Assembly (NCBI RefSeq): GCF_006345805.1
Contig: NC_043002.1
Coordinates: forward strand, 102,362,001 to 102,426,000
Length of the DNA stretch: 64,000 bases
Direction of reading: 5' to 3'
Source of the DNA: Octopus sinensis
Lineage: Eukaryota
Position 1 is the stretch's first letter; the number at the start of each line of letters is the position of its first letter. The notes beneath the pieces were generated by a model that was given only the letters and a program-made list of their open reading frames with translations, did not search any database and was not told the origin of the DNA. Shown here one piece after another: positions 52,509-64,000 of the stretch. The position numbers and the translations under genes were made by a program.

Positions 52509-53386
52509 ACAACTTGATCGAAAACAAAAGTAGGTAATGAATGTGTATGCACTATTTCGAAGATTATTGCCCTTCCTTCAGCACGCACCTAACCCACTAT
52601 TGCCCCCGAATACATCGGTTATATATACACCGCATACAGCTGTACTAAGTTATTGGACATACCAATTTATATATTAAACGCATTCCTGGGGCAGGTGTGT
52701 AAACATTGTAGGTACGTGATACTTCATTATACAAAACGGTAAACTACATACTATATATTATTTATGCAATATTTAACATATTATATAGTATATTATATAG
52801 TATATTGTATGTGTATAACGAAGTACCATGTACCTACATGTCTTTAACTAATGAATTTGTTAACAGAATGCTAAGAACTGGAAGAAATACAAGATTTTGC
52901 ATCAGACAGTCGGGTAACAGTGTTAGTCCAGCACACTCAGTATTTTCTTTATTAAATCTTTCCCAGAAGAACGAGTGTGAAAGATGACCTGACAGGAGTT
53001 GATATCATATCCGGAGTGTGGCAAATGAATATGAATATATTCGCAATGTAAAGAAATATATATTTATTCAAGTCGTAGAAATCACAATAGCAAGCGATAT
53101 AAATGGTGTGAGGAAACTTATCCTAAATTTAGTGAAATTAAAATAATGTTCTTCAGAGTAGTTTATCAAGACAACCACAAAAACCAGTTTCTATATTTCA
53201 ATCACGTCAGTTATTATCAGTCAGTGTAGCAAATCTAATTTCTTATAACTAACAAGGTTCCAAAGATTATTTGGTGTTTTATCCCGTAGGTATCACCGTA
53301 TTTTCACTCATTGGTGACGTCCTATTCGTAATGTACATATTTTCATTTATTATATATATATACATATATATATATACTCACACACA

Positions 53387-53478
<92 letters not shown>

Positions 53479-54039
53479 CCACACTCATTATATATTTACC
53501 TATATCTAATTTTCGCTAACGACGAAGCTATATATTTTACAACGAAATCGATTTGCTAATATGGGTAAAAAAATAAGGAAAAATGGAATAATTATAATAT
53601 AAATAACAATGACAGTGATAACCATGATAAAAATATTCAAAAATAAAAATAATATCAATATGAATAGCAGCAACAAGAATAATGGATAACGTTCCATAAT
53701 TCAGACGTGGCCGGCTCCTTGCTCTGATTTCCATAGTCAAAAGACATTAACGCTGTTATTGGTGCCACAAAATAGTGGTGAATATTCTTTAGTATTTTGA
53801 GTTAGGTTGGAGAATACAGTTGGGCCTTCCTACATTTTTTCCCCACTCCCACTCGAATGGTTTTTATACTTAATCTCTCTCTCTCTCTCTGTTTCTCTCT
53901 CTCACTCTCTCTGTTTTCTTCCTCTCTTTCTCTCTCGCTACCTACGTATGTCTCACATTCCCTCTTCTCTCTATATCTCTTCCACTCCTGTAATGTCCCC
54001 CCTTGCACATTTGTATCTCTCTCATTCTTAGAGTGACAA

Positions 54040-54044
54040 TATAT

Positions 54045-54091
<47 letters not shown>

Positions 54092-55443
54092 GTTTCATTT
54101 GTAACTTATATCTGTATTTTATATTGATTATAAACATTATAGATACTATATACACACTATATCGACTACATATAACATACATATGCCTCTGCGCGTATGT
54201 GTGTATGCACGTGTGTGTGTATCTGCATAAACTTTATATATATGTATATACTCACACATATATATATACATACACAGACAATATATATATATAGATATAT
54301 ATACATATACATACATATATATATATATATATACATACATATATATATATACATACATACATATATATATATACATACATATATATATATACATACATAT
54401 ATATATATACATATACATACATATATATATATACATATACATACATATATATATACATATACATACATATATATATATACATACATATATATATATACAT
54501 ATACATACATATATATATACATATACATACATATATATATACATATACATACATATATATATATACATACATATATATATATACGTATACATACATATAT
54601 ATATACATACATACATATATATACATATACATACATATATATATACATACATATATATATACGTATACATACATATATATATACGTATACATACATATAT
54701 ATATACATATACATACATATATATATACATATAAATACATATATATACATATATACATATACATATATATACATATATATATATATATACATATACATAC
54801 ATATACATATATACACATATACATATATATACATATATACATACATATACATATATATGCATATACATACATATACATATATACACATATACATATATAT
54901 ACATATATACATACATATACATATATATGCATATACATACATATACATACATATACATATATATATATACATATACATATACATACATACATATACATAC
55001 ATATACATATACATACATACATATACATACATATACATACATACACATATATATATACATATACATACATACAAATACATATACATACATACATATACAT
55101 ATATATACATATACATACATACATATACATATATATACATACATACATATACATACATACATATACATATATATACATATACATACATACATATACATAT
55201 ATATACATATATATACATATACATATATATATATACATATATATATACATATATATACATATATATACATATATATACATACATATATATAATACATATA
55301 TACATACATATATATATATATATATACTATACATACATATATATACATATATTATACATATATATATATATAATATATATACATATAATACATATATATA
55401 CATATATATGCATATATATATACATATATACATATACACATAT

Positions 55444-55520
<77 letters not shown>
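54040..55520. repeat. ~1.5 kb (TA/CATA)n compound microsatellite
   Basis: Directly visible; source of the 379-430 aa artefactual ORFs. Confidence 0.97.
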
Positions 55521-55984
55521 CGTACATATATGGTATATGCAGACACATATATAGTCGATATGGTGTCCATATAGTATCTATAATGTATATAAGTAATCAA
55601 TATAAAATACCGATATACGTTGCCGGAGCAACAGTTTGTTCTCGTGAACATAAATAAAATAACGTAATATATTTGATGGGTTTCTAAGATGAACATTTTC
55701 TTTTTATCTTTTCCTTTGTTTTGTTTCGTTATGGAAGGAGGAGGAAGGGTAGAACGTAATGGGTTGAAGTATGAGGGGGGAATGGAGTGGATAGGGAGGG
55801 GGAAAAACTCACTTATATCTAGATTAATGTCTTGGAAGATGTTTCCCACCAACCTATCAGATTATAACATCAACAGGACTGTCTTGCAGCAAGGATAAAG
55901 TATTCACATACTCACAGTCTTGTCTATGTGTATCTACACACATACGCGCGCTCACATATACACCCAAACACAAATACAGACACG

Positions 55985-56067
<83 letters not shown>

Positions 56068-57740
56068 CGTGCGTATGTCTGCGTATCATGTTATATCTCT
56101 GTTGTTGCATCTGTTTATCTATTTATCTCTCTATATGTATCTGTGTAACGTTTTCTTTCTGCAGCTCTGCCATCTCTCTTATACATACACACACGCACAC
56201 ACACACACACACACACACACTTACGTAGATATATATATATATGGCTTTGTGTACGTGTGTACCTATCTATGTATGAGCTTATGTGCATCTCCTCACTCCG
56301 TGTGTACGTTGTGCGTTAAATTTGATGTGATTTTATCGACAGTTGTAATGATAAGAATTTAATTTTGTTGTTTTCATCAAAGAATGTCACTGTGACCCAA
56401 AACCCTCGAGAAGAAAGAACGAAAACTATCATCGAAGAAGACTATTGCATTGTTTGAATGATATTAATGTCTTCTTTAAATATACACTGTCTCTTCATTT
56501 ACACTATGGTAAGCTTCTAAACAACAAGGGAGGTACCACTACCTGGCCAATCATCTTATCAGAAAGGACCAAATCAGAATCGCATTGCCTCGTTCTGTCA
56601 TAAATACGGGTCGCACATACTGGATAATGTTGTGCCAGAAACGTTGCCCTCGGGAATAGATAGGGCCGCGATACTTCTTATGAATTTGATCAGGTTCCCT
56701 TTTCTAAAATTACATGGGTCTGCTACGAAAACAACAATATTAAGAAAAGAAACAAGCTCATTAACAAAAGGAAGAGTTAGAATAACAAAAGAATGTATGA
56801 CCGGTCTATAATCTTGATGGCAAAAAATGACATCGAGCCTTCAGTAATTCTTTTAGGTACTCGTTTGCATGCGATATGTAATAGAACCCCTCATGTCAGT
56901 TCCATCCCTCATGATACACACAGCAAAAGGCCAGGATATCACCATCACACGGTTACTGTAAACTGCAGTTCTTTATTACCACGGAATAGATTGGAATATG
57001 AAACGAAGAGTCTGACTTATGGAATGAACGCTTATCTTCGAACAGAAATTGAACCTTGCATCTTATGTGTGCCAGCATTATAACCATTGGAGTCTTATGA
57101 TTTTACGACAACAACTACTACTACTACTATTGCAACAAAAACAAAGCCACTAGTGATCAAAGAGATACAATGGGTAATAGTAATATACCTATAATATACC
57201 AAGGTTAATTGTATTAAACCATGTTTCTTCTATGACAATTAAACGGCTGTATTTGTTTAATTCTTGCATCATCTAATTTGTGGCTTTCTTAAGAGATGTT
57301 GGAAGGCTTGAAAACACACATTTCTAATTTCTTACTAACAAAATTATAGAGTAGGTCAAAGTATGTACATGTTTCCGTAGATGTATCTGTTTGTATACAA
57401 GTTTGAGTGAACAAATGAATAGAGATAGCACTCAACGCATATTTTTGCAGATATATGTATTGAGTATCGCTTTAACACAGCCTTTCATGTTAAAATTTTG
57501 GAGGACATGAAAACACGTCGGTTCCTCAGACACTTCATGATATCTATAATCTAAGAGGCTGTATAATCCTTTTTGCACTTTCCGAAAAAAAAAATGATTA
57601 GAATAATCAAGAGGTTCACATTCTGCTTGTAATGCACAGGAAATTGGCCTCAAGAAATTATATGTGGATAACTTTATTATACGCAGTAGATATAACGATG
57701 TTGCTAACTAGGAATGTGTCAGCAAAATGTAAAGGCAATA

Positions 57741-58129
57741 TTTTCTTTTCTACTCTAGGCACAAGGCCCGATATAAGGGGGGGGGGCAGTTGATTAGATC
57801 GACCCCATTACGCAACTGGTACTTAATTCATCGACCCCCGAAAGGATGAAAGGCAAAGTTGACCTCAGAAGAACTTGAAATCAAATCATAAAGATAGACG
57901 ATGTACTTATTTCTGTTTCTTTACTGCCCACAAGGGGCTAAACACAGAGAGGACAAACAAGGACAGACAAACGGATTAAGTCGATTATATCGACCCCAGT
58001 GCGTAACTGGTACGTATTTAATCGACCCCGAAAGGATGAAAGGCAAATTTGAACTCAGAACGTAGCGGCAGATGAAATACCGCTAAGCATTTCGTCCGAC
58101 GTGCTAACGTTTCTACCAGCTCGCCGCCT
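57741..58129 (-). mobile_element. Head-to-tail SINE dimer (family C + 5'-truncated family B) inside a 13-bp TSD
   Basis: TGTAAAGGCAATA at 57728-57740 and 58130-58142; two B-box/central domains and two different 3' tails. Confidence 0.85.
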
Positions 58130-58225
58130 TGTAAAGGCAATACATTGTTGGTGGCCCAAAGTATGGTATAATAAACTTAATTTTGTATACATATATATGA
58201 ACTAAAATTAAGGAAGATTTGTCGA

Positions 58226-58430
58226 AAGGTGGAGAAGTAGCTGAATAGTCATCACTCCGGGTGAAATGCTTAGTGGCATTTCGTCTGTTTTTGACGTTCT
58301 GAGTTCAAATTCCACGTAGATCGGCATTGCATATTATTCTTTCAGGACCGAAAAGTTAACTACCAGTTGAACTTTGGGCTTCATACTTCCTCAAAACTGT
58401 TGGTATTGTGCCGAAGTTTCATAGAAATAT
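58226..58430 (+). mobile_element. Degenerate SINE family B
   Basis: GAAATGCTTAGTGGCATTTCGTC...GTTCTGAGTTCAAATTCC. Confidence 0.8.
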
Positions 58431-58619
58431 TACTTGGGTATTTACGAATAGTCTATCTGTTCTAGTTGTCTTTGATTCGCTCCGTTTTGTTAGGAACGGG
58501 AACCACAGAACTGTCGAATGTCTTTCACAAAACGCGGAAACCAAACAAAGAACCTCGTTTATATTCAGTTCATATTTGAAATAACAACATCTCATTTCTG
58601 CCTACAAACGGATTCTAAT

Positions 58620-60900
58620 GGTATTGATGAAAGTATTGATGATGATGACGACATCGACGGTGGTAATGATGATGCTGATAATAATGATGATGATGATGAT
58701 GATGACGATTAGGAATTTTGAAAGAATTGGCGTTGAGAGTTGGAAGCTCATGATAATTATATTGATGATAATTATGACATTAACGATCATAGTTTTCGTC
58801 ATCGTTTTGTTCTTGTTCTTATTAGTGTCTTACTTCTACAACAACAACGACAACAATAAATAATATTGATATTAATAGTAGTAATACTACTACTACTACT
58901 AAAATTAATATCACAATAATCAGCTTTTATCATCCTCATCGTCATCATCATCATCATTAAAATGAGGATGAAGATTCTCTTGACAATGAAGTAGATAATA
59001 ATAACAACAGTAATAATAATTATTAATATTAATATTGTTATTATAATCATTATCATTATTAGTATTATTACTATTATTATTATTATTATTATAAGGCGGA
59101 AAAGGAAGAAGATAATAATGAGATTGATGATGATGTTGATGATGATGATGATGATGTCGAAGCAATTAGCCTAATTCCAAGTGTAAAATAAATCCATTTA
59201 TTATGTGTTATTGTCTCGATGTTTTGTTGTTTTTTAAAAAAATTGACCTGAATGGTAAATGTTTGTCTTCTTCCTCTCTCTCTCTTTCTCTCTCTCCTTA
59301 TTTTCCTCCCCCTTTCCTCCCTTCTGTCTTTCCTACTGTTTTTGTTTTTATTTCATTTTTTTGTTTTTGCGTTTAGTTTCTTCGTTTGTTTCAAATCTAA
59401 TCTGGAAAATCGAACTGCTAATTGGCACTTGAATTTTATTGTTTTGCCAACCAATACATATCGATCCGTGAACCCTTTCCTTCGCTTCCTTCCTTCCTTT
59501 CTTCCTTCCTTCCACCATCACCCACCTCCCCCTCCTCCTCTCTCTTCCTCTCTTTCAATGTTCCATTACATCAACATTAATGCAACCTTATTCCTAATGT
59601 CGTTACAACATTGTTGGAATTTTTCTTGTACTATTTGTATTATTTTTCGTATTACACTACTGACGGTGGCGGTGGTGCTGGTGGTGGTCGTAGTGGTGGT
59701 TGTGTGTGGTGTGTAACTGAATGGGTACTTTCGTGTGTGTGTGTGTGTGTGTGTGTGTGCTGCTTTGTGTTTTGGGATGGACCGACACAAATAAACGACA
59801 ACGCGTCTATATAACAAAATAGACAGGAAAACATGAAGTCGAGAACGAAGAATAAAACAACAGAAACAAGTGTAGAACAGTAACAACAACAACAACAACT
59901 GTATAACTATATAACAAAAATATTCAAAATGATGATGGTGGTGATGGTGGTGGTGGTTGGGTCAATGAGGATGGTGGTGGTGATCGTGATGATGATGATG
60001 GTAGTAGAGGTTGATCGTGATGATGATGATGATGGTAGTAGAGGTTGATCGTTATGATGATGCTGGTGTTGGTGGTTGTGGTCGTGTTGGAGACGACGAT
60101 GATGATATCGGTGGTGGTGGTGGTGGTGGTTGTGGTCGTGTTGGAGACGACGATGATGATATCGGTGGTGGTGGTGGTGGTGGTGGTTGTGGTCGTGTTG
60201 GAGACGACGATGATGATATCGATGGTGGTGGTGGTGGTGGTTGTGGTCGTGTTGGAGGCGACGATGATGATATCGGTGGTGGTGGTGGTGGTGGTTGTGG
60301 TCGTGTTGGAGGCGACGATGATGATATCGGTGGTGGTGGTGGTGGTGGTTGCAGTGGCGGTGGTGATCATAATGGTGAGGATGATGACGATGGTGGTCTT
60401 CGTGGCAGTGGCAGCGACGGTGGTGGCCTGGGTGACGATGAAGATGAGGATGGTGGTGGTGGTGATGACAGTAATGTTGGTGACGATGATGATGATGATG
60501 ATGATGATGATGACGATGAGGATCAGTATTGTTGGCGGTGGGGATGATGATGCTGATGATCATGAGGGTTATATTAATGAAGATTAGGATAGTAATTATT
60601 ATTGCAATGTGTTGAATATATTGCTTTTTGTTATTGGTCATAATAATATTTTCACGGAGAAAACTACAGAGAAGCTGTGTTGGGTAAACATACAATTATA
60701 ACATGAAATATCAATGATGATAACAACGATGATGGAGATGATAATGGTGATAACTGAAATAATGATGATGATGATGTAGCTAATCCATGCGATAAGGATG
60801 ATAATGCTGGTGGTGGTGGTGATGATGATGATGGTAACGACAGCCACGGTAATGACAAATTTGATGATAACATGGCTATGATAGCAATAATAGTTATAAT
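58620..60900. repeat. Trinucleotide-rich low-complexity region (GAT, AAT, GGT, CAT)
   Basis: Directly visible. Confidence 0.9.
60071..60350. repeat. GC-rich minisatellite, ~54-60 bp unit x5
   Basis: GGTTGTGGTCGTGTTGGAG(A/G)CGACGATGATGATATCG(GT)GGTGGTGGT... repeated, with variable (GGT)n. Confidence 0.92.
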
Positions 60901-61084
60901 TATGGCCAAAAAGCACTGCAAAAGAAGCACTATGACGCGGCTAAGTTCGTTCAATGGAGGTTTTGTGAAAAGTACGGCTGAGAGACGACAGTGGTTTAAG
61001 TATTTGGGAATATTGGACGCAGACGAGATAAAAAAAAATGAAGGAATGAAACAAACTCCTTGTGCAGGGAGTGCACAAGGAGAG

Positions 61085-62220
61085 TAAGAAAATTATTGCA
61101 GTCAAAGCTGAATTCAAAAACTGCTATTGAAGCAATAAATTCATGAACAGTACGCTTCATCAGATACGGACTTGGGATTACACTCTGGATGAACAATGAT
61201 ATAAAGAGACGTGGCAGAGAAAAGCTGGGAAGTTGTCGACGATGTATGGAGACCACCATCGAAAAGCTAATGTCACCAGCTGTACTTGAGAAGAGACAGA
61301 CCAAGGGGGGAAGAGGTTTAATAGCTGTAGAAGAATATGTACAGATAGAGACAAAATGTCTGAGTATTTATAGAGCAGCACAGAAAAAACTACTAAAGAC
61401 AATCAATAAAGGACGTGTGATGAATCGCATAAAAGGGGAAAAGGACAAGAATGAAATACAAAGAGGGAACATGAGACAGATCGAAGAAATACCTGCACAT
61501 GGCCAATTTTGAAGAGACACTGAAGGTGTGTGCGGGAAAAATTCCTACGATTGGTTATAAAATGGGTTATTAAAAGAAGAAACAGGGAGACTAAAATTAG
61601 CAGCCTAAGATCAAGCCATAAAAACGAATTGAGAAAAGATATATATGTGGGGAGAATCCATCAGAAAAATGTAGAGCCTGTGGAATTGGAGCCAGAAGTG
61701 GGACACATTGTGATAGAATGTCCCAAATTTGGCACAGAAAGAATATAAGAAATAGAGACACGACCATATTGTAAAAGTTATACACTGGAAACTCTGCTAG
61801 AAATGGTAAGTTGAAACTGGAAACACATGGTACAGCCATCGAGTCGAACGAAAAACAAAGTCGGACAAATATAAGATTTTGTGAGACTTTCTTGTTCAAA
61901 CGGACAAGAAGTTAGAAAATAATAGACCGGACATAACAATTATAGATAAGGGAAAGTGAAATTGCTTACTTATCGTCTTATCAGGCCCATTTGATTCCAG
62001 AATCATGAAGAAAGAGAGAGAAAAACAAATATGAATTCCTTAAGAATCGAAATAGAAAGAATTTGGAGCAGGCAAATAGTAAAAGTCGTGCCTATAGTAA
62101 TTGGTGCGTTGGGAACAGTAAGCCAAAATATAGAGAAATGTTTGAAGGAGACTGAAATATAATGCTCAGTAGAAATGCTAGAGAAAGTTTGTCTCTTACG
62201 GACAACAAGAATTATCAATC
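61085..62220 (+). mobile_element. R4/Dong-like LINE 3' fragment, copy 1
   Basis: KLLQSKLNSKTAIEAIN; KGGRGLIAVEE; GHIVIECPK; RHDHIVKVIHWKLC; DKKLENNRPDITIIDK; VPIVIGALGTV. Confidence 0.9.
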
Positions 62221-63060
62221 TCTCTGTCAAGAAAGGAAATTTGGCAGAGGTCTCCAGAACGCTGAACACATTGTCAACACTGCAATGGCGGTTTTGAAAA
62301 ATTATGTTGTGAAAAAAGAATACTTCCGTCTGGCAGAGATTCCCCAAAAGGAAGATCCACAGAATAAACAAATGGAGCGAGATCGCTGGTTCTGGGTGAT
62401 GGACGCAAAGTTGAAAGTATAGACAGATACGATAACCATAGACACTCAATCACAGGCCCTTACAACAAACCTGAATAAGGTATAGATCGACAAAACTTAG
62501 ACAACAAATATTGAATCCGCAGTAAAGGAAACAAGAGTCTCAATCTCGTTTTCTGTGAGTGTAGTAGCTTAAAAGAAATACAAGTACAGACATAAGTGTG
62601 CAGGAAGAAAATTTCATTGGAATTTTAGACGAGATTATGGCTTTAAAGCAACAGAAAAATATTATGAAGACAAATCAGAGGCTGGGAGAGAAACTCAGAA
62701 TTACAAGATCTCGCGGCACTTCACCATAAAGACTGACAATACTATCAAAGCAAGAAGACCAGTCAATATTGTAGAGGAATTGAACACAGGGCATACTCAT
62801 AGATTTTGCCTCTTCGATAACACACTTCATACCAAATGAATTGCAAACAACTGAGAAATATCAGAAATAAGCTAGAGAACTAGGAACTGTGGAAGACTAA
62901 GTCAACAATTATTCCTCTGGTAATTGTTGCACTTGGCACAACACACAAAATACTATATAAAAGAGTGAAAGCGACTGGAATTGAAATTCACATTACAGAA
63001 AAGTACCATCCTATATTCTGCAAGAATCCTTAAGAAGGCTCTTGTGATGTAAAGAGACTT
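62221..63060 (+). mobile_element. R4/Dong-like LINE 3' fragment, copy 2 (more decayed)
   Basis: GRGLQNAE; DTITIDTQSQALTTN; KTDNTIKARRP; IIPLVIVALGT; TILYSARILKKAL. Confidence 0.8.
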
Positions 63061-63090
63061 GTTGTCAACAAACCTGAAGATAATATACCT

Positions 63091-63320
63091 ATTTCTTTAC
63101 TACCCACAAAGGGGCTAAACACAGAGGAGACAAACAAGGACAGACAAACGGATTAAGTCGATTACATCGACCCCAGTGCGTAACTGGTACTTAATTTATC
63201 GACCCCGAAAGGATGAAAGGTAAAGTCGACCTTGGCGGATTTGAACTCAGAACGTAACGGCAGACGAAATACGGCTACGCATTTCGCCCGGGGTGCTAAC
63301 GCTTCTGCCAGCTTGCCGCC
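63091..63320 (-). mobile_element. Full-length SINE family C with 10-bp TSD
   Basis: Highly similar to 57908-58129; TAATATACCT at 63081-63090 and 63321-63330. Confidence 0.92.
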
Positions 63321-64000
63321 TAATATACCTGCTAACTGAAGATAATATACCTGCTAACTAATGGCGATGATGATGAGGAGGAGGGTGGAGAGGGGAGGAA
63401 GAGAATGACGATGATGAGTATGCTAATAATGTTTGCTTGCGTTGGCAGTGATCATATGTAAAAACAAGGCTACATGAATCTGTGAGTTTATAATAATTTC
63501 CTAGAAATGTGCAAGGCCAGAAGTTGGTGTAGGCACCCCTGATTGTATTAATCCCAATATATGATTGGTACATTGCTTTACATTGAAAGGGATAAAGGCA
63601 AATCAAAACCGATGCGATGAGAATTAAGAATGCTAAGTTCGCAAAGAAAACAGCGCAGTGATTACGTTACATAGTGTTACCTCATATTATAAGTTCATCA
63701 CTTGAGCATCATTAAAATATAAAGTGATTCAAGCATTATGATATTTCATATAATCGACTGAAGAATGAAAGAACAGTGACCCACAATTATTGTAGTATGA
63801 CAGATATCAGCGGGGGGGGGGGAAAGTATGTTGCAGTCTTTAATGTTTTGAGATCATATCCCGTAAGACATATTTCATCACAATGAACACCACTACATCT
63901 TTATCCTCTAACTCCTCCTTCTCATCAACATCATCATTCTTCTTCATTAGTATCAGAATGAGCCGTTCTGTCAATGGGTATAGTCACATGTCACTAAAAC

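Noticed and set aside
54146-55489. 379-430 aa ORFs (and similar I/Y/C/V/H/T-rich ORFs at 2303-3019, 12078-12592, 23465-23914, 40294-41161, 43177-43521)
   Set aside because: These are translations of TA/CA microsatellites, which lack stop codons by composition; they are not genes.
59907-60695. His-rich, Gly/Asp-rich and Thr/Val-rich long ORFs
   Set aside because: Open in most frames on both strands because of triplet repeats; no unique domain or splice support.
1-64000. Fanzor/TnpB, viral or bacterial (HGT) inserts, rRNA
   Set aside because: No RuvC-like motifs, gene-dense segments or rRNA-like sequence were recognised by eye; a profile search would be needed to exclude highly decayed copies.

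Overview
This is very AT-rich eukaryotic, non-coding-looking DNA dominated by (TA)n, (TG)n, (AAT)n and (GAT/GGT)n microsatellites. The tRNA-headed SINE families resemble, from recall, those of Octopus genomes, so a cephalopod origin is inferred but not proven. No intact host protein-coding gene is recognisable, and most long ORFs in the track are microsatellite artefacts. Supportable content is decayed mobile DNA: two RTE-clade LINEs, three R4/Dong-like LINE 3' fragments with a restriction-like endonuclease, a CR1-like 3' end, mariner/Tc1 transposase remnants, two Tigger/pogo-like MITEs, and many SINEs, several with clear target-site duplications. One RTE has a twin-priming-type 5' inversion and the other has three tandem C-terminal C2H2 fingers. 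The most interesting signals are RNA-structural: at least two well-formed type I minimal hammerhead ribozyme cores (44742-44870 minus; 51806-51867 plus) and several degenerate ones, each with a different palindromic stem III. Inverted repeats and a spacerless palindrome also occur and are compatible with Penelope-like or retrozyme elements. There is a 100-N assembly gap at 6794-6893.
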